Positions 1 through 9,423 are shown, counted from the first letter of the stretch. The stretch is DNA of 64,000 bases from Chthoniobacterales bacterium (GCA_038227825.1 JBBRPQ010000018.1:13675-77674), one strand, 5' to 3'. The notes: generated by a model not told the origin, from the sequence alone. Program-made: numbers and translations.

Positions 1-2282
1 CAGCGCGCGCATTTCATTTCGTTTGCCATAAATGCGCTCGACACGATTTGCGCCTTCGCGGCCATCGGCAGATCGTTCTGCGATGCGACTGCGAAACCCG
101 CGGGCCCGCCGTAGTTCGCACTGCCTTCCATCGTGATCAGCTCGGTGACGAAGCGATCCATCGGCTTGTTGTCGAGCAGCGCTTCGTGAATCCACCAGCG
201 GAACGGCCCTGTGTTGTTCAGCGTGCCCTTGAGGATGTTCGGATTCTCCGCGAGTACGTCCTGCCAGTAGCTCGTCCAATGGTCCGCCCAATTTGGGCTC
301 GCGAGCAGGCGGTCGATTGCCTTCGCACGTTTGTCTCTGGAGGTGTCGGCCAGAAAAGTGGCGACTTCCATTTCAGTCGGAATGAGGCCCGTGATGTCGA
401 GCGTCACGCGGCGGAGGAACGATGCGTCATCGCAGAGCGGCGCGGCCTTCACGCCGGCCTTCGCGAGCTTGGCCGCGATGAAGCGATCCACGTCGTTGAA
501 AATCGAAGCATGTGCCGCGACCGACGGCACCGTCGGCGCTGCCTTCGCGTTCTTGCGTGCGATGTCGTGGCGCTGATTCCAGTAGGCTTCCTCCTCCGGG
601 TTGCGACGGCGTTCCGCGTTCAGCGCGGAAATGGCCGTGCGCTGTTTCTCCGTGAACGCCTGCCACTCGTCTCCCTTCAGTCGCGGCGCGCTGGTCTCCG
701 CACCGTCGGGCGCGAGCACTGCGAAGTCCTTCCCATCCTTCGACACCGCGACAAACACCTCGCCCAACTCGGGCCGGATGCCCTTGCCGCCCACGAGTGC
801 CTCGATGAGCAGCACGTGCGGTTGCCCGTCGCTGCTCAGGCGGCCCTGCACTTCCTTGTGGCCGGGAGGGAGCATCGGCATCGAGGGCACGAGCTGTTCC
901 TTCGCGAGATCCGGCACGGGTTCAATGTCTCCGCTTTTCGGTTTCTTCAGCGGCGTCTCGGCGACGATATGATTGTCGAACGCCACACGCACGCCCGTGA
1001 GCGCACGGAGATGCAGCGTATATTCACCTACTGGAATGCGCACGACGCCGGCGGCACGTACGAGGTAAGGGGCCGAGCGATCCACCTTCACGCCCTGCAC
1101 GTTGTATTTGTTCGTCACGTGGGCAAAGGCGAACGCCTGCTCCATGTATTCGTCCGTGCGAATTGCTGGCAGCACTGACCACGTCTCATCCGAATCCACG
1201 GAGTCCGCCTTTTTTCCAGGCTTGCCCGAGTCATTCGAAGCCCAGCCGACTTCCTGCTCGGCGGGCCGGTCAAATTCAAACACCTGCACGCGCACTTTGC
1301 CCTTCGGTAACTCCTCTGCCGCGATCACCGCAGGCGGGAGCGGCAGAGCCTCGCTCTTCTTCACCGTGATTTTCGACGCGGGCACCGGCAGTACTGTTGG
1401 CACTGGGCCGGTGCGCGCTGCGTGCAGCGCGATGCGTTCCGGCGAAAGCGCCGTGCGGTAAATTGCCAGCTCATCGATGCGCCCAGGGAACTGTGCGCTC
1501 GGCGCACCGCCCATCGAGCCGCCGATCCACACCTCGTCATTGTCCATCGCCGGACCTGCTGCGCTCGCGCCGCCCATGTCCCACACCCCCTTTACCTCCT
1601 CGCCATTGATCCAACTGCGGATGCTCTCAGGCGTGCCGAATTTATAACTCACCACGACATGATGCCACGCTTCGCCCGGCTGAAAGCCCTTCGTGCTCGT
1701 CCATCGGTGCCAACCCTTTTCCCCATGCGTCTCGCTGTCGTGAAAAAGGAATCCCGCGCAAGCCACGCCGCCTTGGCCACGCAGCCGCATCGCCCAGTTC
1801 TGATTCTCCGTGGACATTCCCGGCAGCCCCGTCCGCCCTTTGCCCACGATGTAAGCCTGCTGACCATCCGAGAGCTTTGGGCACTGCACCCAGGCCTCCA
1901 TCGTGATCGTCTCGCCCTTTGCAAAACGCAGCACGCTCTTCTCGCCCGTGTCCTTCACGCGCAGATGTGTGTCGCGCGGGTAGCCGGAAAAATCAGCCGC
2001 CGTATTTTCCTCGGCGAAATTTGCGAACACCGGAGGCCGCGGCCCCGCCTCCGCGAGCGAGACCTTGTCGCCCGCATTCGCGCGCAAAGCCTCGTCCGTC
2101 TCACTCGAAGTGCAGCACTCCTCGATGCTGTCGAAACGCCAGTAAGCCAGCGGCGAATCCGCCATCACGATCGAGCGGTAGGGCTTCACCTCAGCGGCGT
2201 GGGAAAAGGGAGCGGCAGCCGCTAAACATACGGCAAGCGCAGCGATGCTGGAACGGAGGGGACGGACGTTAGTCGTGGTCAT
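1..2282 (-). CDS. LamG-like plus PSCyt2 (DUF1549) domain protein; 3-prime end lies beyond the window
   Basis: Not in the supplied ORF track because it has no stop inside the window. The reverse strand from ATG 2282..2280 is open to position 1. It starts with a signal peptide MTTTNVRPLRSSIAALAVCLAAAAPFSHA. It has LamG-type WHHVVVSYKFG...GRIDELAIYRTAL. It then has FLRRVTLDITGLIPTEMEVATFLAD..LLASPNWADHWTSYWQDVL, the PSCyt2/DUF1549 signature. Confidence 0.8.
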   Translation of the reverse strand, partial: MTTTNVRPLRSSIAALAVCLAAAAPFSHAAEVKPYRSIVMADSPLAYWRFDSIEECCTSSETDEALRANAGDKVSLAEAGPRPPVFANFAEENTAADFSGYPRDTHLRVKDTGEKSVLRFAKGETITMEAWVQCPKLSDGQQAYIVGKGRTGLPGMSTENQNWAMRLRGQGGVACAGFLFHDSETHGEKGWHRWTSTKGFQPGEAWHHVVVSYKFGTPESIRSWINGEEVKGVWDMGGASAAGPAMDNDEVWIGGSMGGAPSAQFPGRIDELAIYRTALSPERIALHAARTGPVPTVLPVPASKITVKKSEALPLPPAVIAAEELPKGKVRVQVFEFDRPAEQEVGWASNDSGKPGKKADSVDSDETWSVLPAIRTDEYMEQAFAFAHVTNKYNVQGVKVDRSAPYLVRAAGVVRIPVGEYTLHLRALTGVRVAFDNHIVAETPLKKPKSGDIEPVPDLAKEQLVPSMPMLPPGHKEVQGRLSSDGQPHVLLIEALVGGKGIRPELGEVFVAVSKDGKDFAVLAPDGAETSAPRLKGDEWQAFTEKQRTAISALNAERRRNPEEEAYWNQRHDIARKNAKAAPTVPSVAAHASIFNDVDRFIAAKLAKAGVKAAPLCDDASFLRRVTLDITGLIPTEMEVATFLADTSRDKRAKAIDRLLASPNWADHWTSYWQDVLAENPNILKGTLNNTGPFRWWIHEALLDNKPMDRFVTELITMEGSANYGGPAGFAVASQNDLPMAAKAQIVSSAFMANEMKCAR

Positions 2283-2491
2283 AGGGCATTGGAAACATCC
2301 GTCGCCCGCCAAATCCATAGGCCCAAGGAAGTGGGCTGGATGGCTGTCGCGCCATTACTGGCGATTTTCATAAGGAGACTGGGCGCTTTCATTTTGCATG
2401 CAAATAGCCTCGGTTTGCTGCCGGCAAGTCATCTCTCTCCACATCCTTCATCATGAGAGCGGGGCTGTCGGAATGCGAAGCTGCCGCAGGT

Positions 2492-2809
2492 TCAGTGCCT
2501 CTCTCTTTTGCCGAAAAAAATGAAAGCCGCAATCGCAGCGAGGCCCGCGCCGCAAATCAGCCCATACCTTTCGCTCAGCACGGAGTCCTCCGAATGCATG
2601 ATCTTTCCCGCGCGGATGACATTCGTGTGAACGAATACTGCGCTCAAAAGGAGAGCGAGCCAAACCGTCGAGAAAAGGAGCGCCTTCCGCCAGCGCGACG
2701 AAATGCGCGGCTGGGAATCCTTCTCAGCGGGAAATGGCAGCGTTTGCCGAAAGTGGATTGCACCGGGGGGCGGGGTCCGTGGTTTGGAGCTGGGGAACTG
2801 GGGGCTCAT
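2492..2809 (-). CDS. small hypothetical membrane protein (2 predicted TM helices)
   Basis: 105-aa ORF with two hydrophobic helices (LLFSTVWLALLLSAVFV and LICGAGLAAIAAFIFF). No family recognised. Confidence 0.4.
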   Translation of the reverse strand: MSPQFPSSKPRTPPPGAIHFRQTLPFPAEKDSQPRISSRWRKALLFSTVWLALLLSAVFVHTNVIRAGKIMHSEDSVLSERYGLICGAGLAAIAAFIFFGKRERH

Positions 2810-3006
2810 TGCAGGGGATGTTTGTTAGCGGGGAACCTGAGGGTCGGAAGTGGGAATCCCGAAAATGCGCTTCCATTAGAAAAGGCATCAACTCAAGAGA
2901 CTCATCGAAAGCACGATGTTTGCAGGGGCAGCGAGTCGCGATGTGCGGGTGGGGGACAGGGCGAATCGCAGTCTCTGCTTGGAAATGAGGAAAGACTTCC
3001 GGCAGT

Positions 3007-4296
3007 GTGCGAGGCGTGCGCCGTCTGTCCCTTCAGCTCTACCGTCTCGCCGTGCTTGTGGCGATTGTGTGGCTGCTCCGCGAGCATGCGCTCCGGGTGC
3101 GGGTGGAGTCGCTGCGACCTCTCACCGTGGCGGAGGTGCAGCCGCTTTTTCCAAATGCGGTGGCGCTGGGAATTGATGCGGGGGATCGGGGCGGATGGCA
3201 TGTGCTCGCGGCGGATGGGGCGAGGCTGGGCTATGTGTTGCAGACGGCGCCGGAGTCGGATTCCATCACGGGATATCGGGGGTGGACGAATGTGCTGGTG
3301 GCCTTCGACACCGCGCTGCACGTGGCGGGGGTGCGCATCCGTGCGAGCCAGGACACGGTTGAGCATGTGGACGACATCAGGAAGGATCGCAGTTTTCTGA
3401 AGACGTGGAATGGACGGTCGTGGGATCAGGTGGCGGGGCGCACGCCGGAGGAGGAGGGGATCGAGGGAGTGAGCGGTGCGTCCATGACGAGTCTCGCGAT
3501 GGCGGATGGAATTGTGCGTCGGCTGCGTGCAGCGGACAAAGCGGCGAAGGTCGCGCCGGTGGCGTTCCGCTTTGGTGTGCGGGACATCGGGCTCGCGCTG
3601 GTGGTGATTTTGGGGACGGTGTTTGCATTCGCAGGGACGCATGGTCGGCCGTGGCTGCGGAGGGTGTTTCAAATTTTCGTCATCGGGTATGTGGGGTTCA
3701 TCAATGCGGACCTGCTCGCGCAGACGCTGATCGTGGGTTGGGCGCAGAATGGTGTGCCGTGGCGCACGGCACCGGGACTGGTGCTGATGCTCGCGGCGGC
3801 GCTCATCGTTCCGTGGGGTTCGGGGAAGCCGCTTTACTGCCAGCAGCTATGTCCGCACGGGCATGCGCAGGAATTCCTCGCGCGCCTCGCGCCGAAGCGA
3901 TGGCGGATGGTGCTGCCGAAAAGGTTCGCCGCGGGCCTGCGCTGGCTGCCCTTTCTCACGCTCGTGATGATTCTCGGCGTAGTGATGCTCGTGCTGCCGC
4001 ACGATCTTGCGGCATTCGAGCCGTTCGATGCGTATGCGATTCGCACGGCGGGTTGGGTGACGATGGCGATCGCGATCGCGGGGCTCGTCGCAGCGTGCTT
4101 CGTGCCGATGGCGTATTGCCACTACGGTTGCCCGACCGGTGCGCTGCTGAATTTCATCCGCAGCCATGGCGCGGCAGATCGGTTTGGTCGCCGTGAGGTC
4201 GCGGCTTTGGTGCTCGTGGTGATCGCTTTTGTGCTGTCGCGTATGGGCGTGCATTTCCACCACTGGCTGGAATCGGATGCGGCGGGCTGGCTGTGA
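3007..4296 (+). CDS. NosR/NirI/NapH-like membrane redox protein with FMN-binding-type domain
   Basis: 429-aa ORF with a GTG start. It has an N-terminal TM helix and an FMN_bind-like segment with GVSGASMTS. A polytopic domain follows with two Cx3CP motifs (CQQLCPHG, CHYGCPTG). Confidence 0.65.
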   Translation: MRGVRRLSLQLYRLAVLVAIVWLLREHALRVRVESLRPLTVAEVQPLFPNAVALGIDAGDRGGWHVLAADGARLGYVLQTAPESDSITGYRGWTNVLVAFDTALHVAGVRIRASQDTVEHVDDIRKDRSFLKTWNGRSWDQVAGRTPEEEGIEGVSGASMTSLAMADGIVRRLRAADKAAKVAPVAFRFGVRDIGLALVVILGTVFAFAGTHGRPWLRRVFQIFVIGYVGFINADLLAQTLIVGWAQNGVPWRTAPGLVLMLAAALIVPWGSGKPLYCQQLCPHGHAQEFLARLAPKRWRMVLPKRFAAGLRWLPFLTLVMILGVVMLVLPHDLAAFEPFDAYAIRTAGWVTMAIAIAGLVAACFVPMAYCHYGCPTGALLNFIRSHGAADRFGRREVAALVLVVIAFVLSRMGVHFHHWLESDAAGWL

Positions 4297-4355
4297 AAAT
4301 GGTGAGCAAGTGAGCATCTCTTGCGCTTCATCTTCCGCCAAGGTAAGCAGTTCTC

Positions 4356-5339
4356 ATGGCCTACAACGAACCCCGCACCATCGTGGTGCAATTCCCGCCG
4401 CATCTTGCGCGATGGGTCCCATTTCTGCCGTTTCTTATCTTCGCGCTATGGCTGCTGCTCACGAGTTGGTACACGATTCCTGCGGAGTCGGTGGGCGTGG
4501 TGCTGCGCTTTGGACAGTTCGACGCGATTCGCGAGCCGGGGCTGCATTTTAAGCTCCCGTTCGGCATCGATGAAGTCTTGCCGGTCGCAGTGAAGCGGCA
4601 GCTCAAGATCGAGTTGGGCTTCGGCACACCTGGGGGGACGAATCCACGCCAATACGGTGACAATCAGGATCGCGAGAAGACGATGGTCACCGGCGATCTG
4701 AATACGGCGCTCGTCGAGTGGGTGTTGCAATACCGCCTCGACGAGGCAAAGAGCTACCTCTTCAATGTGCGCCAGCCGGAGGAGACGCTGCGTGATCTTG
4801 CCGAGTCCATCATGCGCGAGGTCATCGGCGACCGCACGGTGGATGAGGTCATCACCGTCGGTCGGCAGGACATTGAAAATGTCTCACTCGTGCGACTGCG
4901 GGAGGTGGTGAAGGAATTCCAGCTCGGGATCATGGTGGATCAGGTGCAGCTCAAAAACATCAACCCGCCGCGCGAGGTGCAGGCGTCCTTCAACGAAGTC
5001 AACAAGGCCAAGCAGGATCGCGAAAACATGATGAACATCGCCAACGGTGAATATAACAAGGTCGTGCCCCGCGCGAGTGGCGAGGCCGAGCAGAAGATCA
5101 GCGTCGCCGAAGGCTACAAGCTCAAGCGCGTGAACGAGGCGCTCGGCGATGTCGCGGCTTTCAACGCGGTGCTCGCGGAATACCTGAAAGCTCCCGAGGT
5201 CACGCGGACGCGCATTTATCTGGAGACGATGGCGGAGGTGCTGCCTCAGGTGAGGGAACGGGTGATCGTGGATGACAGAATCACGCAACTGCTGCCGATG
5301 CTGCCGGCCACCGGTCGCGGAGGGGAGGCACGGAAATGA
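4356..5339 (+). CDS. hflK: FtsH protease modulator HflK (SPFH/band-7)
   Basis: N-terminal TM helix followed by an SPFH domain (VVLRFGQF..REPGLHFKLPFGIDEV). ATGA overlap with the next gene. Confidence 0.85.
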   Translation: MAYNEPRTIVVQFPPHLARWVPFLPFLIFALWLLLTSWYTIPAESVGVVLRFGQFDAIREPGLHFKLPFGIDEVLPVAVKRQLKIELGFGTPGGTNPRQYGDNQDREKTMVTGDLNTALVEWVLQYRLDEAKSYLFNVRQPEETLRDLAESIMREVIGDRTVDEVITVGRQDIENVSLVRLREVVKEFQLGIMVDQVQLKNINPPREVQASFNEVNKAKQDRENMMNIANGEYNKVVPRASGEAEQKISVAEGYKLKRVNEALGDVAAFNAVLAEYLKAPEVTRTRIYLETMAEVLPQVRERVIVDDRITQLLPMLPATGRGGEARK

Positions 5340-6367
5340 ACCCTTCACGCATTGCTCTCATTTTACTCGCAGTGGTCGCATTCGTCGTGCTGATCTCCAG
5401 CGGGTACACGGTGCGGGAGACGGATGTCGTCATCCTCACGCAGTTTGGCAAACAGATCGGCACGCCAGTGACACAGGCGGGATTGCACTGGAAGCTGCCA
5501 TTCATTCAGTCCGTCAACCGAATCGAAAAGCGATTGCTCGAATGGGACGGCCCGGTGAGTGAGATGCCGACGAAGGACAAGACCTACATTTCCGTCGAGG
5601 CATTCGCGCGCTGGAGGATTCACGATCCGGCGATGTATTTCGTGAGCCTCCGCGATGAGCGCAGCGCGCAGTCGCGGCTCGACGACATCATCGGCAGCGA
5701 GATCCGCATCGCGGTCGCACGCCATGAGCTCATCGAGGTCATCCGCAGTGACAAGGTGCGCAAACTGGCCGAAGCGGTGGAAAAGGATTTCGCGGGAAAT
5801 GCGGCCGTGCTGCCGCCGATCCAGCGCGGTCGTCGCGAGATCGAGGGGGACATTTTGAAAGCCGCGGCTCCGAAAGTGCAGTCACTCGGTATTGAGCTGC
5901 TTGATGTGCGCTTCAAGCGCGTGAACTACAATTCACAGGTTATCGAGCGCATCCATCAGCGGATGATCAGCGAGCGCACGCAGATCGCGCAGGGCTACCG
6001 TTCCGAGGGTGAAGGCAAGGCCGCGGGCATCACGGGAAAGCGGGATCGCGACCTTCGCGAAATCGAATCCACTGCATACCGCAAGGTGCAGGAAATCCAA
6101 GGCGCAGCCGACGCTGAGGCCACGCGCATCTATGCCGAGGCATTCAACAAGAGTCCGCAGGCTGTCGAATTTTACGGCTTCGTGAAGACGATGGAGACCT
6201 ACAAGAAGATCCTGCTCGGGGATACGAGCATCGTGCTCTCGACAGACAGCGAACTTTTCCGGCTGCTGAAAGATACGAGGCCTGCCTCCGCGAGGCCCGT
6301 AGTGATTCCGCCGCCGGCTCCTCCTACAGCTCCGCTTGCGCCTGCTCCGGCGCCCGCTGTGCAGTAG
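5336..6367 (+). CDS. hflC: FtsH protease modulator HflC (SPFH/band-7), Pro/Ala-rich tail
   Basis: SPFH domain (VILTQFGK..TQAGLHWKLPFIQSV). Translationally coupled to hflK. The C-terminus is PPPAPPTAPLAPAPAPAVQ. Confidence 0.85.
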   Translation: MNPSRIALILLAVVAFVVLISSGYTVRETDVVILTQFGKQIGTPVTQAGLHWKLPFIQSVNRIEKRLLEWDGPVSEMPTKDKTYISVEAFARWRIHDPAMYFVSLRDERSAQSRLDDIIGSEIRIAVARHELIEVIRSDKVRKLAEAVEKDFAGNAAVLPPIQRGRREIEGDILKAAAPKVQSLGIELLDVRFKRVNYNSQVIERIHQRMISERTQIAQGYRSEGEGKAAGITGKRDRDLREIESTAYRKVQEIQGAADAEATRIYAEAFNKSPQAVEFYGFVKTMETYKKILLGDTSIVLSTDSELFRLLKDTRPASARPVVIPPPAPPTAPLAPAPAPAVQ

Positions 6368-6394
6368 TGCGGATGCTGCGTGCGTCGCGGCGGA

Positions 6395-7339
6395 TCACTC
6401 CGTTGCGACTCCGGGCACGTCGAGCGAGCGCCCATTGTCCTTCGGAGTGAGACCGAGCAAGAATGGCCCGGCGGACTTTGCCCATGCTGCGGGTGTCGGA
6501 TAGCTGCTGGCGCCGCTGGCAAAGCACGAGCGCAGCATCTCCGTATTGATGATGCCCGGGTTCAGCGCGATTGCTGCGAGTCCCTTTGGCAATTCCTGCG
6601 CGAGTGCCTGAGTGAGTCCTTCGATGGCCCACTTGCTGGCGCAATAAATCGCGACGTCTGGCGCTGCGCTGCGACCCCAGCCGGAGCTGAAATTCACGAT
6701 GACGCCGCCGCGTTTTCCCATCGCGGGAACGAAGTGCCGGATGGTGTTCACGGTGCCCGCGATGTTGACGCTCAACGTGTTCGCGATGTCTGTGGCGGCC
6801 ACTTTCCAGAGCGGTGCGCTCGGTGCGATCACGCCCGCGTTATTGATAAGCAAATCCGGTGCGCCGTGCGTCACGGTGATCCGCTCCGCCCAGCGCTGCA
6901 CGGCCTCGTCGTCACTCACATCGAGCGCGGTGAAATCATGCGGCGGTCCGAACTTTTTCCGCAGCTCCGTGACGCCCGCTTCCGAGCGCGCGGTGCCGGC
7001 GAGCACATGACCTTTCGCGATGAAAAATTCCGCAAGCGCGCGACCGCATCCGCGCGTGCATCCGGTGAGTGCGATCACTTTTGCTCCATCGCGTGGAAGC
7101 ACGGACGCAAGCTGCTGCTCCGGTTTCCAGTCCTTCGGCTGCGCGTTTTTTGAATGCCACTTCATCCCGCCGCGCTTCCACGCTTCGCGCGCGGCCGAGT
7201 GGCTGATGCCTTTGTCGTCATCGTCCACGCCGTGCTGATAGCCACACGCGGGGCAGATCTCCGAGGAGCCGCCGCCGCTCAGGCTGCGCGGGGCTTCGAT
7301 GAGTTTTGTGAAACCGCAGACAGGGCAGATGTTGCTCAT
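6395..7339 (-). CDS. short-chain dehydrogenase/reductase with N-terminal Cys-rich CPxCG (CPCC-like) zinc-ribbon domain
   Basis: The N-terminus reads MSNICPVCGF..EICPACGYQHGVDDDD. The SDR part has the Rossmann motif LTGCTRGCG, NNAG and YCASK. The ATG at 7339 forms an ATGA overlap with the upstream stop at 7336..7338. The longest ORF would start at 7351. Confidence 0.75.
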   Translation of the reverse strand: MSNICPVCGFTKLIEAPRSLSGGGSSEICPACGYQHGVDDDDKGISHSAAREAWKRGGMKWHSKNAQPKDWKPEQQLASVLPRDGAKVIALTGCTRGCGRALAEFFIAKGHVLAGTARSEAGVTELRKKFGPPHDFTALDVSDDEAVQRWAERITVTHGAPDLLINNAGVIAPSAPLWKVAATDIANTLSVNIAGTVNTIRHFVPAMGKRGGVIVNFSSGWGRSAAPDVAIYCASKWAIEGLTQALAQELPKGLAAIALNPGIINTEMLRSCFASGASSYPTPAAWAKSAGPFLLGLTPKDNGRSLDVPGVATE

Positions 7340-8109
7340 TGTGAAATCCAAGGTGGCGTCTGAATCGGCTTGCCGGGCTGGCGCTGCCAGTAGCTCGCGC
7401 TGTCGGGGCGAAAATACGTTTTCGCCGTCCCGTCGCGATTGAAGGATGCGAATGCACGCGTCTTTGGATCGAACACCCGCACCGTGCCATCCGTATCGAG
7501 TTTCATCGGCAGATGCTCAGCCGTCGCGCGCTCGCGGAAGCGCCAGGCCTGCGCTGCATAGTCATCCTCGGACTTCGCCGCAAAATCGCCGCCATGCCGT
7601 GCAAAATGATCCGGAAGCGATCCGATGTTACCCCAGGTGCGACGCGTCGCGGGAGCATCCTGAGCCACCGCTTTTGGCACGACGGGCGGCAGGGTGGTCG
7701 GCTTCGGTTCGGCGGGCTTCGTCGTGAAGCCGGTGATTTTCTGGAAGATCGTCGTCTTCCGTGGCGGCGCAGGTGTGTCCGTTCCCGGTGCAGGCGTTCC
7801 TCCCGCGATGAAGCTCCCGGTCGTCAGGTCATGTTTCGCGGTGCCGATGCTGTAGAAATACTTCGCGCCCGGCTTCAGTCCTCGCAGCGTGAGCGTGTGG
7901 TCGGTGCCGACTTCGTCGGATGCGGTCTGATCGAGACGATCAGGGGAGAGGCCGTATCGGACGCGACCGCCGGCCGTGGTGTCGAGCTTCCAGCGGAGCG
8001 TGACCGCACCATCGGTGCCCGGCGCGATGTCCGGCGGATTCACGAGACTCACCGCCCATGTGTCGCACGAGGCGCAGAGCAGGAGGAAAAGGAGGAGCAG
8101 TCTTTGCAT
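7336..8109 (-). CDS. secreted protein: FN3-like N-domain, Pro/Thr linker, C-terminal HFARHGGDF...TYFRP module of unknown family
   Basis: Start taken at MQRLLLLFLLLCASC (signal peptide). The FN3 / purple-acid-phosphatase-N-like stretch reads VTLRWKLDTT..RVRYG..LTLRGLKPGAKYFY. The C-terminal roughly 100 aa are discussed in findings. Confidence 0.6.
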   Translation of the reverse strand: MQRLLLLFLLLCASCDTWAVSLVNPPDIAPGTDGAVTLRWKLDTTAGGRVRYGLSPDRLDQTASDEVGTDHTLTLRGLKPGAKYFYSIGTAKHDLTTGSFIAGGTPAPGTDTPAPPRKTTIFQKITGFTTKPAEPKPTTLPPVVPKAVAQDAPATRRTWGNIGSLPDHFARHGGDFAAKSEDDYAAQAWRFRERATAEHLPMKLDTDGTVRVFDPKTRAFASFNRDGTAKTYFRPDSASYWQRQPGKPIQTPPWISQ

Positions 8110-8183
8110 GAGAAACGTCACGTTAGGGATGGCCACCGGGGAAGGCCAGCGCGGAAGTTTTATCCCGACGATCGGCGCAGCGC

Positions 8184-8990
8184 CTATTGCTTGCGGACGA
8201 AATCACTCGCCTCACGAAACCAAGCTGCGCCTGGCTCGGTCGGGAAGTTGTTGTGAGTCGCGTCCGGCATTTCGATGAGCTTTTTCGGCCCTGCGTAGCC
8301 AGAGTGCAGCTTGCGGCCTTGCTCGGCGCCGACCACTTCATCGTTTTCAGCGATCATAAAAACGACCGGCCCGCGGTAGTTCGCGAGCGCCGCGATGTTG
8401 TCGAATTTATCCCTCAGCAGAAGTGACACCGGCAGCCACGGAAATCTCGCCTTTGCCACCTCCGCGAGCCGCGCAAACGGAATCACCATCATGGCGCCCG
8501 CAATATCATTCGGCATCGCTCCTGCGACTCCTGCAGCGGTGCCGCTGCCTATGCTTTCGCCCAGCAGGAAAATGGGCCGCTTGTCTTCTTCCAGGAGGCT
8601 CTCCACGGCGGCGCGGCCTGCGGTGAGGAATGCATTTTTTCCCGCAGTGCCGCGGCGCGAGCCATAGCCGGGATATTCGAGGATATAGACATCCCACAGT
8701 CCGCGGAATGCCTCCATATAGTAAGTGCGATCCAGCGCGCACCCCGCGTTGCCATGAAAGACAAGCAGGCGTGCCTTCGTTCGGGGCGTCACGCGTTTCC
8801 ATCCGATGAGTTTTTCCTTCGCATCGCGCCACGGTAGGATATCGCTGGCTGCTGCCTGTGCGAGCATCTCGGGCTCAGTCGCTTTCGTCGGGAAGTAGAG
8901 CATCTTGCTTTGGCAGCCAGCGATGAGCATGCAGATGCCGACGTATGCGAAAATCAGGATTTGGACGAGACGGAGGAGCGTGCGTTTCAA
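8184..8990 (-). CDS. alpha/beta hydrolase, membrane-anchored
   Basis: Nucleophile elbow GESIGSG and the HGNAG region are present, with TM helix LVQILIFAYVGICMLIAG. The start is uncertain: TTG at 8990 is chosen here. The longest ORF (9218) adds an Arg-rich, non-protein-like leader. Confidence 0.65.
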   Translation of the reverse strand: MKRTLLRLVQILIFAYVGICMLIAGCQSKMLYFPTKATEPEMLAQAAASDILPWRDAKEKLIGWKRVTPRTKARLLVFHGNAGCALDRTYYMEAFRGLWDVYILEYPGYGSRRGTAGKNAFLTAGRAAVESLLEEDKRPIFLLGESIGSGTAAGVAGAMPNDIAGAMMVIPFARLAEVAKARFPWLPVSLLLRDKFDNIAALANYRGPVVFMIAENDEVVGAEQGRKLHSGYAGPKKLIEMPDATHNNFPTEPGAAWFREASDFVRKQ

Positions 8991-9211
8991 TGGCGGAGAA
9001 ACTTTTGGAAACGGAATCAATGACGCATTTCCTATGCGAGGCCACGCACGGAGGCGAGCAGGACTCCGAAGTGTTCGTGAGAATCTTCCAGATCGCTGTG
9101 GAAGGAGGAAATATTTCACCGCTCGAAAACTCCGCGTGAAATTTAACCGCCTGCGAAATTCGCATTTACCCCTCGTAAGTTCGCCCGTGTGGTGGGAAGA
9201 TTTCGAAACAC

Positions 9212-9370
9212 ATGGCAAAACCCAACTACCAGTTTGAAAAGCGTCGGCGTGAAATGGACAAAAAGGCGAAGAAGGCCGAGAAGCTGAAGCGCAAGGATTC
9301 GCCGGAGACTTCCGAATCGCCCGACGCTACTTCCGACGCGACGCCTGAAGCCACGACCGACGCCGTCTAG
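9212..9370 (+). CDS. 52-aa lysine-rich small protein (below the ORF-track size cut-off)
   Basis: An ATG..TAG ORF reading MAKPNYQFEKRRREMDKKAKKAEKLKRKDSPETSESPDATSDATPEATTDAV, followed by a hairpin at 9403..9423. Confidence 0.45.
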   Translation: MAKPNYQFEKRRREMDKKAKKAEKLKRKDSPETSESPDATSDATPEATTDAV

Positions 9371-9402
9371 GGGAGCAGGCGGACGGACGACTTGTGAACA
9401 GG

Positions 9403-9423
9403 ACATGCCGAAGGTCGGCGTGT
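9403..9423 (+). terminator. candidate hairpin downstream of the small ORF
   Basis: ACATGCCGA-AGG-TCGGCGTGT forms a 9-bp stem (one G:U) followed by TTCAT. The U-tract is weak. Confidence 0.25.

Noticed and set aside
48-1178. 376-aa plus-strand ORF, the longest listed ORF at the left edge.
   Set aside because: Its composition is Arg/His/Cys-rich and not protein-like. It lies exactly antisense to a reverse-strand frame with clear LamG and PSCyt2 motifs, so it is a typical high-GC shadow ORF.
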